From Raillietiella orientalis (Eukaryota), in assembly GCA_036172245.1 (NCBI GenBank), contig JAYWIR010000020.1, positions 1,240,001-1,304,000 of the forward strand: a stretch of DNA of 64,000 bases. Reading direction: 5' to 3'. Positions within the stretch are counted from its first letter, which is position 1. Each line of letters opens with the position of its first letter. Positions 53,001-64,000 of the stretch are shown here, one piece after another. The position numbers and the translations under genes were made by a program. The notes under the pieces are model-generated. The model worked only from the letters and a program-made list of their open reading frames with translations. It made no database searches and was not told the DNA's origin.

Positions 53001-55849
53001 CTAGCTATACACTCACTTTGTTTATGTGGTTGCTAATAAACATGTGTGCTTCTTGGAAGCTAATAAAAAAAGGCATAAACCATGCCTATGCACTATCGAA
53101 TTTGGAGACAGCTAGGGCAAAATGGCTAGAGGAAAATTGAATCCTTAGATATAGAATGCAAAACGCTAAAGTGAAATCTCGACCCTGAACACCATGAGTT
53201 GATATCTTGAGAACAAATTTCGATTCAGACCGAAGGCATATCTTCAGGGAGATCACTCCACCCTTTATAGTTTGATTTTAACTGATTGTGATTGTGAAAC
53301 ATGATATTCTTGAGGGACATTAAAAGCTGTTGCCAGATCGAGTTGTCTTGAGAAGATCCCCCTCACTAACGAGCCCAGTATGTCAACTCGCATGTGTTCA
53401 GCAAACTGGAATCAAAAAATGCGTGTTACACCGCCTTTTTGAAGGTTTACGTTGGGAGTCTCCGTTCCTCACAGAGACAGCTTTATAAGATGATCTGCTG
53501 TTCGCTCTTCTGCCACAACGAGACACTCCCTCACTGAAGAAAAAGAGAAGAGTGCACTTTTGTATCCACCCAGAGTCCAGAATATTTCATGAATATGATC
53601 TTTTTTGTTTCTTCAGAGATTCTTCTAAACGATCTTGGCCAGTTTTTTTAATTATGCAGCTCATCTTTTAAAGTACAGTTACCATCTAAATGCAGTTAAA
53701 ATAGAGTCCTGGAATAGGGATGTTTGTTTCTCAGGATGTTTGATCCTCATGTCCTATTCACTCCTTTATCTATATGTCTTTGGGTACCAAATGCTGCTCA
53801 TAGTTGCTTTTGGAGGGAAGGGGGGGACTTTTTGGAATTTTTGTAGGATAACTTCAGAGAGCTACTTCAGGTCTTTTGGAACCTTTGGTAAAAGGCAAAA
53901 AAGAAAAGCATAGAGAGAAGACTGGAAGATCCCATGCTTCGCGGAAGGTAGGAAGGAAATAAAATGGAACAGACGTGTCAGAGGAACAGGAACGACCTGT
54001 ACATAATGAAGTAGGCGAAGAGAATGGTATGTCCTTCAGCTCTTTGTAGTTGAAGAGAACTCAAGCGCTATGACCCGCTCGCTCTCATCTCACTAAGTCA
54101 TAAAGTGTTTGCAAGAATATCATCATTGTAATAACAAAGCATCGTATTTCATACAGAAGAGCCCTTTAAGATCTCAGATAGTCATGTATAGAAACCCAGA
54201 TCTCTGTATTTCGAACAGCTCTATGCTCTGTGTCTCCTTTTGCAATTCTCTAGCAAATAAGAATTCAGATTCCCTGCTTGCATCATTCTAGATACACGCG
54301 ATTGGAATTTGTCCAGAGCGTTTCTACATCAAAAATTCAAGAGATTTTCCTTCACTTTCTTTTCCCAGATGCCGTTCCGTTTGCTATCTGAAGAATGTCA
54401 GCCTTAAACACTGATTTCTCCTTAATTACCCATTCCCTAGTCACCTAGGTAAGGCCATCCTTTGCTCAGTGAACCACTTCTGAGGCTTCAGGCACCAGTT
54501 GAAATTGGTTGCTTTTCCTCGAAAGTAGAGGAAACGAAAGCATAAGCCGAAACCATGAAGACTCTTCAGTGAATCCTGAAGTCCTGTACCGTATGTGCAG
54601 ATGTTCCTGGTTCTACATATTACTCGTCACGCAGCAAACATGAGTCTCACTCGGAATCTGAAAGTTTTTATCCGAAGGGCTGTCATTTTTTGATGCAGAG
54701 ATCCTCCCGAGTGACTGGCAAAAATTTCCAAGTTGATGAGGCTGCTTGTTAACAGGAGCATCAGAGCAGGATGTTTCTCGTAGAGAAATGATCTCTCATT
54801 CTGATGAATTCGAATGACTAAGAACAGTGAATGTGTCGCTCAAACGAGAAACCGAAAAATCATGGGTTCAAGGAAATAAGCAGGTATTCCTCTAGGTTTT
54901 GGTAAAGTCTTGTAACGTAAAGAAAGCAGTGAATCCCGATAAGTACAGGCGAACAAAAATATCACAAAATTCTATATTTCTCTGAAAAATGGTATGCTAG
55001 ATTTTTGTCAAGAAAAGTCGTTGGTCTCTCTACAGCTTCGTCCCTTGGGCATAGCGCGTATTCTGATGCACGCAGCTATGCGCTGTGCCTGCGCGATAGC
55101 AACATCGCACGGATTGCTTAGTGACGCTGGGATGTCTATAGTGATGCTTCAGTAGGAATTCATATCAAAACTTTAAGATAACATGAGTCAATGCTCAGAG
55201 TACTTCAGCCATGTACGGCTCTTACAAAATGAGTCAACGTCCGCGGCTAGATTTGGAGATATTCCCACTTCTGACCACTTTCACTAATTTACAGACCAGG
55301 TGTCCCTTACGAAGCAGGGATACTGTACCGAGCACGAATTCAACTCACTCCATCCCTATGTACTAATTTCTCTCCATGTCCGAACTATGGAATCGCACCA
55401 TTCAAGTTTGTTAAGGTATATTGTCTTCAGAATGTCTATCAATCCATATGTTGATTTCTATATTAATGCACATATTGGCATAAGCATTCACCTTTCGTAA
55501 GTTTTAGAATTTATATCAACCAGCATATTTATAAATATAAATGATAAGCATGTTTTTGATCATATTAATAATATGCATGCTGCTCTGTGAAAAAGAGTAC
55601 ACACCGGGCTGGGGAGTCGCAAATGCATAAAATCGTTGCATAGAATAGTGAGTGTGTTCTTAAAAGGCCATTCTGTGCCATGCGGTCAAGCTGTGCAGTA
55701 ACACGTGCAAATGGTGTAGGCACACCCAGAAAAAAGAAAAAAAACAGCGCAAAATGCGGTGAAATTGTTTGCTGTTGGCTTCAATGAAGACTGCAAGGCG
55801 CAAGGACAAAGGGATCCTTACGGCCGTTTCGAGGCTCTTATGTAGCTGT

Positions 55850-56140
55850 CAGAAGTTTATGGTTCACTAAGGCAATCAGAAAGAATGCTCCTGATATCCT
55901 GCGAATGAGCGTTTGTTTGGGTCTTGTTACAAGGGAACTCTGAAGCCATTTCGCTCCAGAAGAGGAGGAAAAACCAGGGAACATAGGAAAGAGGAAAGCA
56001 TGATGAATCTTCTGAGACCTCGAGGAATCTGCTAAAAGGAATCCTCTTCTTATGGGCAACCAGGGATGGGGTTTAAGGGGCAGAGTGTGAAGTGAGCTCT
56101 GACACCAATTTCGTTCGTCTTCCGGCAAGCAAACCTGCCT
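55850..56140 (-). mobile_element. L1-type RT domain 2-3 fragment fused to the copy 5 3' end
   Basis: GFLLADSSRSQKIHHAFLFPMFPGF...KWLQSSL...ISGAFFL matches L1/Tx1 LL.LD..KAFD.V.H.FLF..L..FGF...W...L...S..F.L. Confidence 0.6.
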
Positions 56141-56144
56141 ACAC

Positions 56145-56790
56145 CCGGTTTCAAACCGGCGCACTTATTGTGAGATGACATTTACAAGGAAATGGTCCTC
56201 GGAAAAAAATCTTCATTTCTAGTAGGATTGCAATTGAGTATAGGAGTTCTCAGTGGAGAGCAGACTGCCATGCGAGGTGCTTGCAAAAGGAGAGTGGGAA
56301 GGGAGTAAAAAATAAAAATAAGCACCAAAAGCAAGACATCCGTTTTACAGACGGTGAGGGAGGTAGGGAACAAGAGAAGATATTGCAGTCGGACCGCTGG
56401 TGTCCTCTGCGTCGTCTTCAGGAGGCTGGCGAGTTCCTCCTTGCGGCTCGTCAGGACCACCACCTCGTAGCGGTCCACATGAAAGCAATGACGACTTCCA
56501 TGCTGTTCTAGCTCCTCTCGGAGTCGCTTAGGGCTACCAGCATGCCATGGAAGCAGCAGAGATCCGAGACCGCCGCAGCAGGTGTCAGTCCACTCCACGC
56601 AAAGAGAAACTTCAAAATGTTCTTGGGTTGTCCGTTGATATCTGCATGGAAGTGGTTTCCACACACTTCATTAAGAGGTGCGAGAAGGACCCCGATTCTC
56701 TGAAGCGCCCACAGCTCAAAACCAAACTTTCCGAGGCCCTGAGGTACGGTGTGCCATGCACGACTTTTCTCTGTTGACGCGACGCACACT
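56145..56790 (-). mobile_element. L1/Tx1-like family 3' end, copy 5
   Basis: CGRFRESGSFSHLLMKC and GQPKNILKFLFAWSGLTPAAAVSDLCC..ALSDSER are homologous to copy 7. T-rich tract; AATAAG plus CCGGTTT-G-AAACCGG (56145-56169). Confidence 0.75.
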
Positions 56791-56914
56791 CCCGATCAGC
56801 TCAAAGAAGCCCTTGAGCTTCAACTACTTCTCTAACTCTGGAGCACCTTCGGGAAGCAGCCACTGGGAGAATACGCACTCCAGCGATGTCCTCGATACAG
56901 ACAGGAGCGCTACA

Positions 56915-58276
56915 GTAGGAATTCTCTTACGAAATCCCAGCAAGTGATTGGACCTCAGGACAGCTGGCTGACGACGGACATCCGGCGTTCTTTGCCAGGA
57001 TCGCTATTCCAGGAAAACCCGCTCGTTTCTTATTCTCTTGCTTCGCCGAAGCTCAGAGTCCGCTTGAAGGACTTGAGTACTCCACTTCGGAACTCAGGGC
57101 TTGGCCTTCTGAAGCTAAAGCGAATGGAGCAACAGGATGAAGAAGTTAGGCTAAAGTTCTTCATCGGAGGATGAAGAACTTTAGCCCTCGCGGCGAAGAA
57201 CTGGAGCACTCATTGGTGCGTTCCTGCACGTCTCCTTGTCAGCCGTGTAGCCAGAAGCGATCTCCCTTCCTTTTTTACGTACCGCCGACGAAAGGTGACG
57301 GACTGCAAAATCCCAGTCGACCGGTTAGCTACCCTAAAGGCAAGACAGCTGCATGTCCTGCAGCCCGCCAGCTGTAATGCCTGGCTACAGGAGACAGTTG
57401 CTACTTAGGCGAAGATGAACGATCCGAGATCGGAAAGATGGAACTACCCTGAGATTTTCGAATTGCGCTCGCTGCTTGCTGCGAGTGATCGTGAAAAGTT
57501 CCATCATAAGCGCGTGGGCAAAGATTGTTCACCGCTCTTGTCACAGCCCTGCCCCTTAAGTGTGCCCCCCGAAGAACTTGTGATCCCTCCCTCCTGTTTG
57601 AACACTTCTGTGTTTCCTTTGAGCTGGTAACAGGACGTCATCATGCTGGTGCATTGGGGTTTTCACTCCAACCAGCGGGCGAACCGTATTTCCGGGGGAG
57701 TTGTCTCTCCGAACTGTAAACGGTGCGGGGACGTGGAAACGCTCCCGTACCTGCTCTTGGACTGCGGTGTCCTCCAAGAACTGTGGCGGAGGCTGGCCTC
57801 AGCTCTCCTGCACCAGGGGGACACCGCAAGAGACTTGAGGCGCCGCTTCTTCACGTTAGGCGACCTGTCCTTAGGTGCTGTCATCGCAACGGTCTGTTGC
57901 ACACGCGCCATCGACAAGGCCCACCGAGAGCTGGAGAAGCTGGCGATTCGTCGTCAGGCCACCGGAATAGCCAGCGAGAACATGACGTCGGCTGCCGAGT
58001 GGGCCCATCTTCCTGAGGGCGTTAGGAGAGAGATCGCCGGTATCCATAGCCGGTTCTCAAGGAAAGGAACGGCCAAACCAGAGACCCCTGTCCCCTACCC
58101 TCCCCATATCTTTATTTCTATTTTTTATATGTGTATTTGTGGTCCCCTCCCTCCCGTTCCGGACTTTCGGTTTACCGACCTGCGTGTCGGGATCCCCCCC
58201 TTCGTTTCCTCTGTGTCCTTTGTCCGGGAACTCTGTTCCTGGATAGTTTAGAAATAAACGCCCTGGTGCACCCGGG
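56915..58276 (+). mobile_element. L1/Tx1-like non-LTR element, copy 6 (thumb, CCHC finger, C-terminus, 3' UTR)
   Basis: One frame broken only by stops (ORFs 56944, 57415 and 57643 share a frame): RVRLKDLSTPLRNSGLGLL (L..P...GGLG) and SPNCKRCGDVETLPYLLLDC. CCGAC-CTGCGT-GTCGG at 58175-58190; AATAAA plus hairpin at 58253-58276. Confidence 0.88.
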
Positions 58277-58331
58277 TGAGAAACATCCCTGCCTTTCTTA
58301 GGGAGAAAAATGGCAGTAGCCAACCGACGAG

Positions 58332-58389
58332 GTAGGAATTCTCTCACGAAATCTCAGCAAGTGATTGGACCTCAGGACAGCTGGCTGAC
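58332..58389 (+). repeat. 58-bp direct repeat of 56915-56972 (2 mismatches)
   Basis: GTAGGAATTCTCTYACGAAATCYCAGCAAGTGATTGGACCTCAGGACAGCTGGCTGAC at both positions; offset 1417 bp. Confidence 0.95.
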
Positions 58390-59193
58390 ACTGTGACACC
58401 AAGTGACCTACCATGTGGATTTTTCCGCTGGAGCGATGCTGAGAATTCTTCAAGACCTCACGTGACTCCCAGTGTTCTTGGGCAGTCACACCCTCCCCCT
58501 CAAGTGGCAGGAGTCGACTTGTTTGCTGTTATACTGAAGCCTCCCATGCAACTCATGCTGGTATCATAATGCAAACCCGAACTGTTGCAGGTGCGGAGAG
58601 AGAGAGAGAATCCCTCCTGCACCTGCTTGTAGATTGTGTTGCCCTCCAGCTCCTATGGAAACGTCCCGCCGCCACTTTCCGTATCCCCGTTGGCAAACCC
58701 GGGGACGTGTTCAAACTCCTCTTTGTGCGCGGATCGATGTGGCCAGCCGCTTCCTTAGAAGCTCTTTGCTGCATCCGCGAAATTGTGGCGGCTTGAAGTG
58801 ACGTCGAAAGAGAGCGAGACGAAAGGAATGCTATCCACTGCGCCACCCGCTACTTGCAGACAGCATCAAGATGTCTCACCTGGGAGCACTACAGTAGGAA
58901 CATGCCGGCATCCCAGAAAGGATGTAAAGGACTCCCTCACTGTGATCCCATCCCGTACTCCCCACAGTTTTTTCTTTTATTTATCTTTATTTGGCTTTTA
59001 TTTTATTGTTTTTTTTCTTTTTGTTTGCTTCCCTCTTCTCTGCTGCCAAGGCAAAATCCACTGATCTGCATGCTGACACCTTGGCAGGTTCTTTGTGTAG
59101 ATAAGCATTGTAGAACCTACTGAGCGTAGTAGATGGTCTTGCAGCTACCTTTGCCAGTTTATTGTTTTTCAATGAACGCCCCGGAGTGTCCGG
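58390..59193 (+). mobile_element. L1/Tx1-like family 3' end, copy 7
   Basis: LPLKWQE..PNCCRCG/ESLLHLLVDC..LWKR and LEALCCIREIVAA. Decayed hairpin at 59061-59076; AATGAA plus CCGGA-GTG-TCCGG at 59171-59193. Confidence 0.8.
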
Positions 59194-59299
59194 AGACAAC
59201 GCAGAAGACGGTGAGCAAGCAAGCAATCTACCCGAATCTCTTAGCAAAATTTTGGAACTAAGCCCTTTAAGGGATCCCCACATCCGCGCTGCTTAAAGC

Positions 59300-60060
59300 A
59301 GGAAGCCACATGTCCAGCTTCCGGGAGATTCAGCTAGTCTCCTGGAAGGTGCACGTTTTACTGTCGTTACCGCATACCTCAGGCTTCCTTACAAACAATA
59401 GGTCAACTCATTTTGCACTGACCCTCATTTCAAAGGGAAGCTGCTTTCCTTCGTGCACGGTGACTCTTGCTGCAGCCAAGTCACTCAACGGTTCCTCATT
59501 TCCGGGAAGTACGCTGGCCTCGTACCATAGCGCCTGCGTCGTGGCAAAATCCAACAGCTGGACGAGTTCTTCCTCGTCCATTTGCGGCGTGGATAAAGTT
59601 AAGTAAATCACCACTTAGCGGTCTGCCTTCACGTTTTTTTTTTCGATTTTTATGCCCTCGATCGCCAATTATTATTTTTTTTTTTAGCAGCCCTTGGGCG
59701 AGTCTTCCTCATCCTCACTGGTCAGGTTGGCAACCTACACCCTTCACACCCTTAGCACCAAGGATCTTTCCAGCTCATCCTTGCAGATGTTCAGTTTGCG
59801 ACGGTCTTTCGCGAAGTAACAAAGTAGGAAACAAAAGTCTAAGACGGACGCGAAGATAGCAACGTAGCTCCAGCCAGTATCCATGGACCACGTAAGCTCT
59901 CACTTCTTCCTTGACTGTGGGTGTCGTCGTGGCAGCAACCTGGCTCTAACAGTCCCGTTCCAGGGTCCGGTGGTTGCTGCCCCGTCTCCATAGATGAGAG
60001 AGAAAAAATTTTTGCTTCTCCCTTTTCCTCGTCAGCGTTGTGTGCGGCCATTCCTCCCAT
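59300..60060 (-). mobile_element. Possible non-LTR ORF1 (gag-like) relic
   Basis: METGQQPPDPG near the start; LPFEMRV...VDLLFVRKPEVCGN resembles the Tx1 ORF1 pre-knuckle segment. Weak. Confidence 0.3.
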
Positions 60061-60649
60061 TGCTGCACCGCCAACACGCCGATTTCAAAAACAAAAGACA
60101 ACAGCAACAAGCAGGAAATAGCAGTAGAACGCGTAGCAAAAAAAAAAAAAACATTTGTTCCGCGTCTTGCAAACTCAAGAAAGAGCTGGAAAAGCTGGAA
60201 GTAAATAGTTATCCTAATGACCGGCACATCAAAAGGAAAAAGCAACTACTCATCGGCAGGGATTCATTAAGAATTACTCGGAAGGAATGACTTTCCTGAA
60301 GTGGCACCAAGGCGAATCAGAAATCCCAGCTCCATTGGGAATCCATGGATGCAAGTGATTAAGGTGGCAGGTTCGTTTGAAAAGGGTGTCAATGGACAGT
60401 CCAAAGGCATATATTCATCGCACTTATACGTTTCACGTGGATCTCAATGATCTCAACTCATAATTCTTCCCAGCGCATAGCTGTAAAGAATTCCGCGGAT
60501 GACTACCGAATTTCACTTCAGTGAGCTTTTTTTTCCAGAGTTCGAATTAATTTGGAAGCGAAGCATCTTTCTCTTGTCTGTGGAGGCTTACGATGGAATC
60601 ACTTTATCACGTTGCATGCATGGCAGAATGAGCACAACTTGACCTTGAC

Positions 60650-60950
60650 CATCTCCAAACCAATCCAGATTCGCGCGCGAGAATGAGTGCTGCTGATCTC
60701 TTGAGAAAACCAAACCCTCGTATATGCGAAGAAGGCGAGCTTGAGTTGAAGTTTTCATAACCTGCTGCAACTGGTTCTCGCACTCATGCGTCTCTCCGTG
60801 ACTTTTTTGTCGTTTTTTTGACAAAGAGTGATGAAATAGTCGCTCTGCTTGACACTGGACAGCAGCGCAAAATGACGAAGCTGGGAGTTGGAAGCAACGC
60901 TCAAGACTCCTGTGATAATTACAGTGGCATTCCCGATCTCATCTTTCATA
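60650..60950 (-). mobile_element. Possible AP-endonuclease relic
   Basis: ATVIITGVL..FITLCQKNDKKVT loosely resembles II.GDFNA..LL.FC..N.L.IT. Confidence 0.18.
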
Positions 60951-63900
60951 TCGATCGGATCACATTCACAGAAAACTGCTGTTCGCTGAGAGATGCAACC
61001 ACTGCTCTCATCTTAATGGATGTTTTTTCACCATCCTAAAAGCGAAACTTAATTCCGGAAAGTTCATTAGCAGCAGATTCTATCAGCAGCTCGCGCTTCG
61101 GTCAGCACTCTGCATCTGGGGACTGCATTCACTTGTTGAGTTCCAATTGAGTTTGAAAACTATCAGAATGTGCACTCAGCAAAGTATGTTACTCATCACT
61201 TGAACCTTCTTGGAATTTGCTACAAATGGACCTCAAAATTCTTTCTCGACCAAATTTGCAGATCGGAGGGGATCTCGATGCATTTATTTCTCACCTTCCA
61301 AATCCCACATCATAATAACCGTCTGTCTTTCAAATTGCGATCCAGCTGTCTTTCCATTTACAAATTGAGTTTCCACATGCCCTCTAATGGTTAAAACTTC
61401 CTAATATTTACTTCCGCTTTTAGCCTCTTCTTGCTTGGCATTCATAGATTTCTCCTTTCAGTGCACAATCATGACCGAGAGCACAACTGCAGGGCATGGG
61501 ATGTGAAATGGAAGAAGAAAGAACAATTTGTTGCAAGGAAATCGAATGGTATTAGCGTCAGACAACAAAGGAACAGATGGTGATTCTGGGAATCGTATCC
61601 CAGAAAACTCACTTGCAAACTCTTCCATAAGATCAGATGCTCTGCTGCTTTCAAAACTCAAGCCGATAGCTTGCCCACGTCCAGTGCTATTCTGCAGCTG
61701 CTGTTTGCAGTATGTGCATCTTAGGAGCATGAGCTTTCACTTTATTCCTGCATGTGGTGGCAGCGAAATGATAAGTCTCCTGTTTTACAGCCTGAAGTGG
61801 AAATTCGGAGGCAATGAGGACTGCAGCCCAAGTACTGGGATTCCGAAAATTAATAAAAGAATAACACTGAAGGTGCACCGACATCAATCTGAAGCTGACC
61901 TCCATGCTCTAATATCACGATCTAATATTCAAAAACAGGTCAAGCATCAGCATTTGGCGTGCAAAGAAGGGAACTTTGACAGGTCATTGTAACTCCCTAC
62001 AGAAGTTTATTTCTGCGTCCATGTTTCTGAAAACAAGAGGTTTCTTCCCTTCAAAGCAAGGTGCCTACAGGCTGCTAGGTGGGCGGCAAATCCTGGCATG
62101 AATCATTTTTCATGGAAATGTTGAGAAAGTGTCGTTTCCATGTGACCTTCTACGTTCTCATCCACCGGGACTGCGACCGGCCTCTCAGCTGTATCTTTCA
62201 CATGTCGGTCCAGCAATCCTGTCGATGTGGCATTTTTAAATCACCCCTTCCGCTGATGCAAATTCCAGCGAAGGGCAGGACTCCAGAATTTCTTAGAAGT
62301 TCCATACATGAAGCAGATTCCAGAGTTTCGAACATCGCTCTTGAAAAATTTTTGGCAACGGAATTTTTTCGACTGATCGTCAAAAGTATTTTAGTGCAGA
62401 AGTGCAAAAGCAAACCAAGAGACTCCACTCACTGGAACTTTGCAAAACAAGGCAAGAGTTCCTTACGGAGAGTGAAGGATTGAGTTCTTGGAGTTTTCGA
62501 GCGACCGAGGTATCACTCGGTCAACTGGATGGTGGTCGTTTTCTTAACAAGGCTACTAGGAAAAAGAAAAAACCTTGCGTCAGCAGACTGAGTGGAAAGC
62601 AAAGCCTTTCGATGACACAGTTCATCAGCCGACCTCTGGATTTATGACGCCCAATAAAGAACTCTTGACCGAGAAGAAACTAAGCAGCTCTTTCGCTCTG
62701 ACTCACGCTTGTAAGGGTCTCGTATCTTTGAATTCTTTGGAGGCTGCTGAATTCCTTCCACAAGAAAAGATTGCAATTTTCTTCCCACACCCTCCAGTGT
62801 TTTACTTCTTTCGAGGTAGCTAATCACTGCCTTTCCGATCTCAGATTATGGAAAGCTTATGGAAATAACAGCAGATAAAATCTCATGCACCCCCATCATA
62901 ACCTGATGTTTGTGACTTTTTCCTTCCTTTCTCTTTTTTCCTCATTTTTTGTTTGCTTTTTTTTAATTGTGATGCAGGACAAAAATAATAGAAGATTATG
63001 TCAGGAATCCCTGGAAGAGCAGAACAAAGAAGAAATAAGGAAAAACACAACGATTCGGCTTGAAATAAGAACAAATGATGATGATGATGAAACTTTTGAA
63101 GAGGACACTGGGTTTTGAAGAATAAAGAGGGTAGCGGAGGTCATGAGTATCCGGTGATTACTAGAGAGATTGGGAGCATCAGAATAGTAAAGAAATGGGA
63201 GCTCGAATTAGGAACATCGTTTTCTAGGAGGACGTCAAAGCGTCAAAGATTTTCCAAGAATCTGAAAGAAATGAATTTCATCTTTAGCACCAGGAGAAAA
63301 TGGGGAACAAATTCTTGTGTTGCTTCGTGAATATTATTTTCTGGAGACTGAATGCAGGCAATCAGAAAAGACTACGAGGCCAAGATTTCAGGGATTCTTG
63401 AGCTCAATCTCGGTGATGAGCAGATTGAGAAGTTGAAGCACAGAAAAAAACGAACTTTGTTTCCATGGAAGCAAATCAAGAACCTATAGCACTCCAAGAT
63501 AAAAGGAAGATATCACGAGGATGAAGGGCCTCACAAGTTTGCTGCCATCAATACAGATCTGATTTCAGTGATGTTCAGGAGGGAAGTTGGAAATATCGGA
63601 TGGAGGAGAATGCACATGACGAAGTGCATTTTGACGCCAAGCAACAGCATTGGGGATGGCGGACTGGAGAGGAAGGAAGGGTACCACCACAACTGTTTGA
63701 AATCTTTTATGAGCTGTCACGATGATGTTAAAACACAAAGCGTAACAAAAAAAAGAAATGCTAAGGAGGTAGCCACAGGACAAGCAGAAGGCTATACGGT
63801 ATGAGTTTCAGAGTGAGCTGTTTTTCTTTTTTCTTTTTTTTTTTCAAGCAGTCCGTGGTTCCACCATAAATTTTCAGTAATTGGAAACATCCACTCTCAG

Positions 63901-64000
63901 TGATATCGTTGCCGGCATGAAGATCAGTAGTTGATTGCTGTTGCACTTGGTTGCCAGAACATCAGATTGACTATCGAGTCAGGCAGGTCATCCAGGCGAA

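Noticed and set aside
1..64000. CRISPR arrays, rRNA, intact tRNA or prokaryotic operons
   Set aside because: No regularly spaced repeats, rRNA signatures, complete cloverleaf or gene-dense ORF pattern seen.

Overview
Eukaryotic, probably invertebrate, nuclear DNA with no convincing intact host gene. The window is mostly decayed transposon relics (L1/Tx1-like, RTE-like, Ty3/Gypsy, piggyBac, hAT, Tc1), identified by motif reading only. It also holds a ~430-bp mitochondrial insertion (atp6 3' half plus cox3 5' end, fitting the invertebrate mitochondrial code) and a near-perfect 202-bp inverted duplication. The most interesting signal is one L1/Tx1-like non-LTR family with seven 3' ends here. They share a two-hairpin 3' module: a CUGCGN-hexaloop stem with compensatory changes, then AATAAA and a CCGG hairpin, with no poly(A) tail. 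At least six of the seven ends run directly into internal ORF2 sequence in the same orientation, twice at recurrent junction points. One copy is terminally redundant (1417-bp unit), and two clusters are arranged 5'-to-5' with 3' ends facing outward. This suggests an atypical mobility mode (self-targeting, template jumping or circular templates, or break patching) rather than ordinary TPRT. Relic boundaries are approximate.
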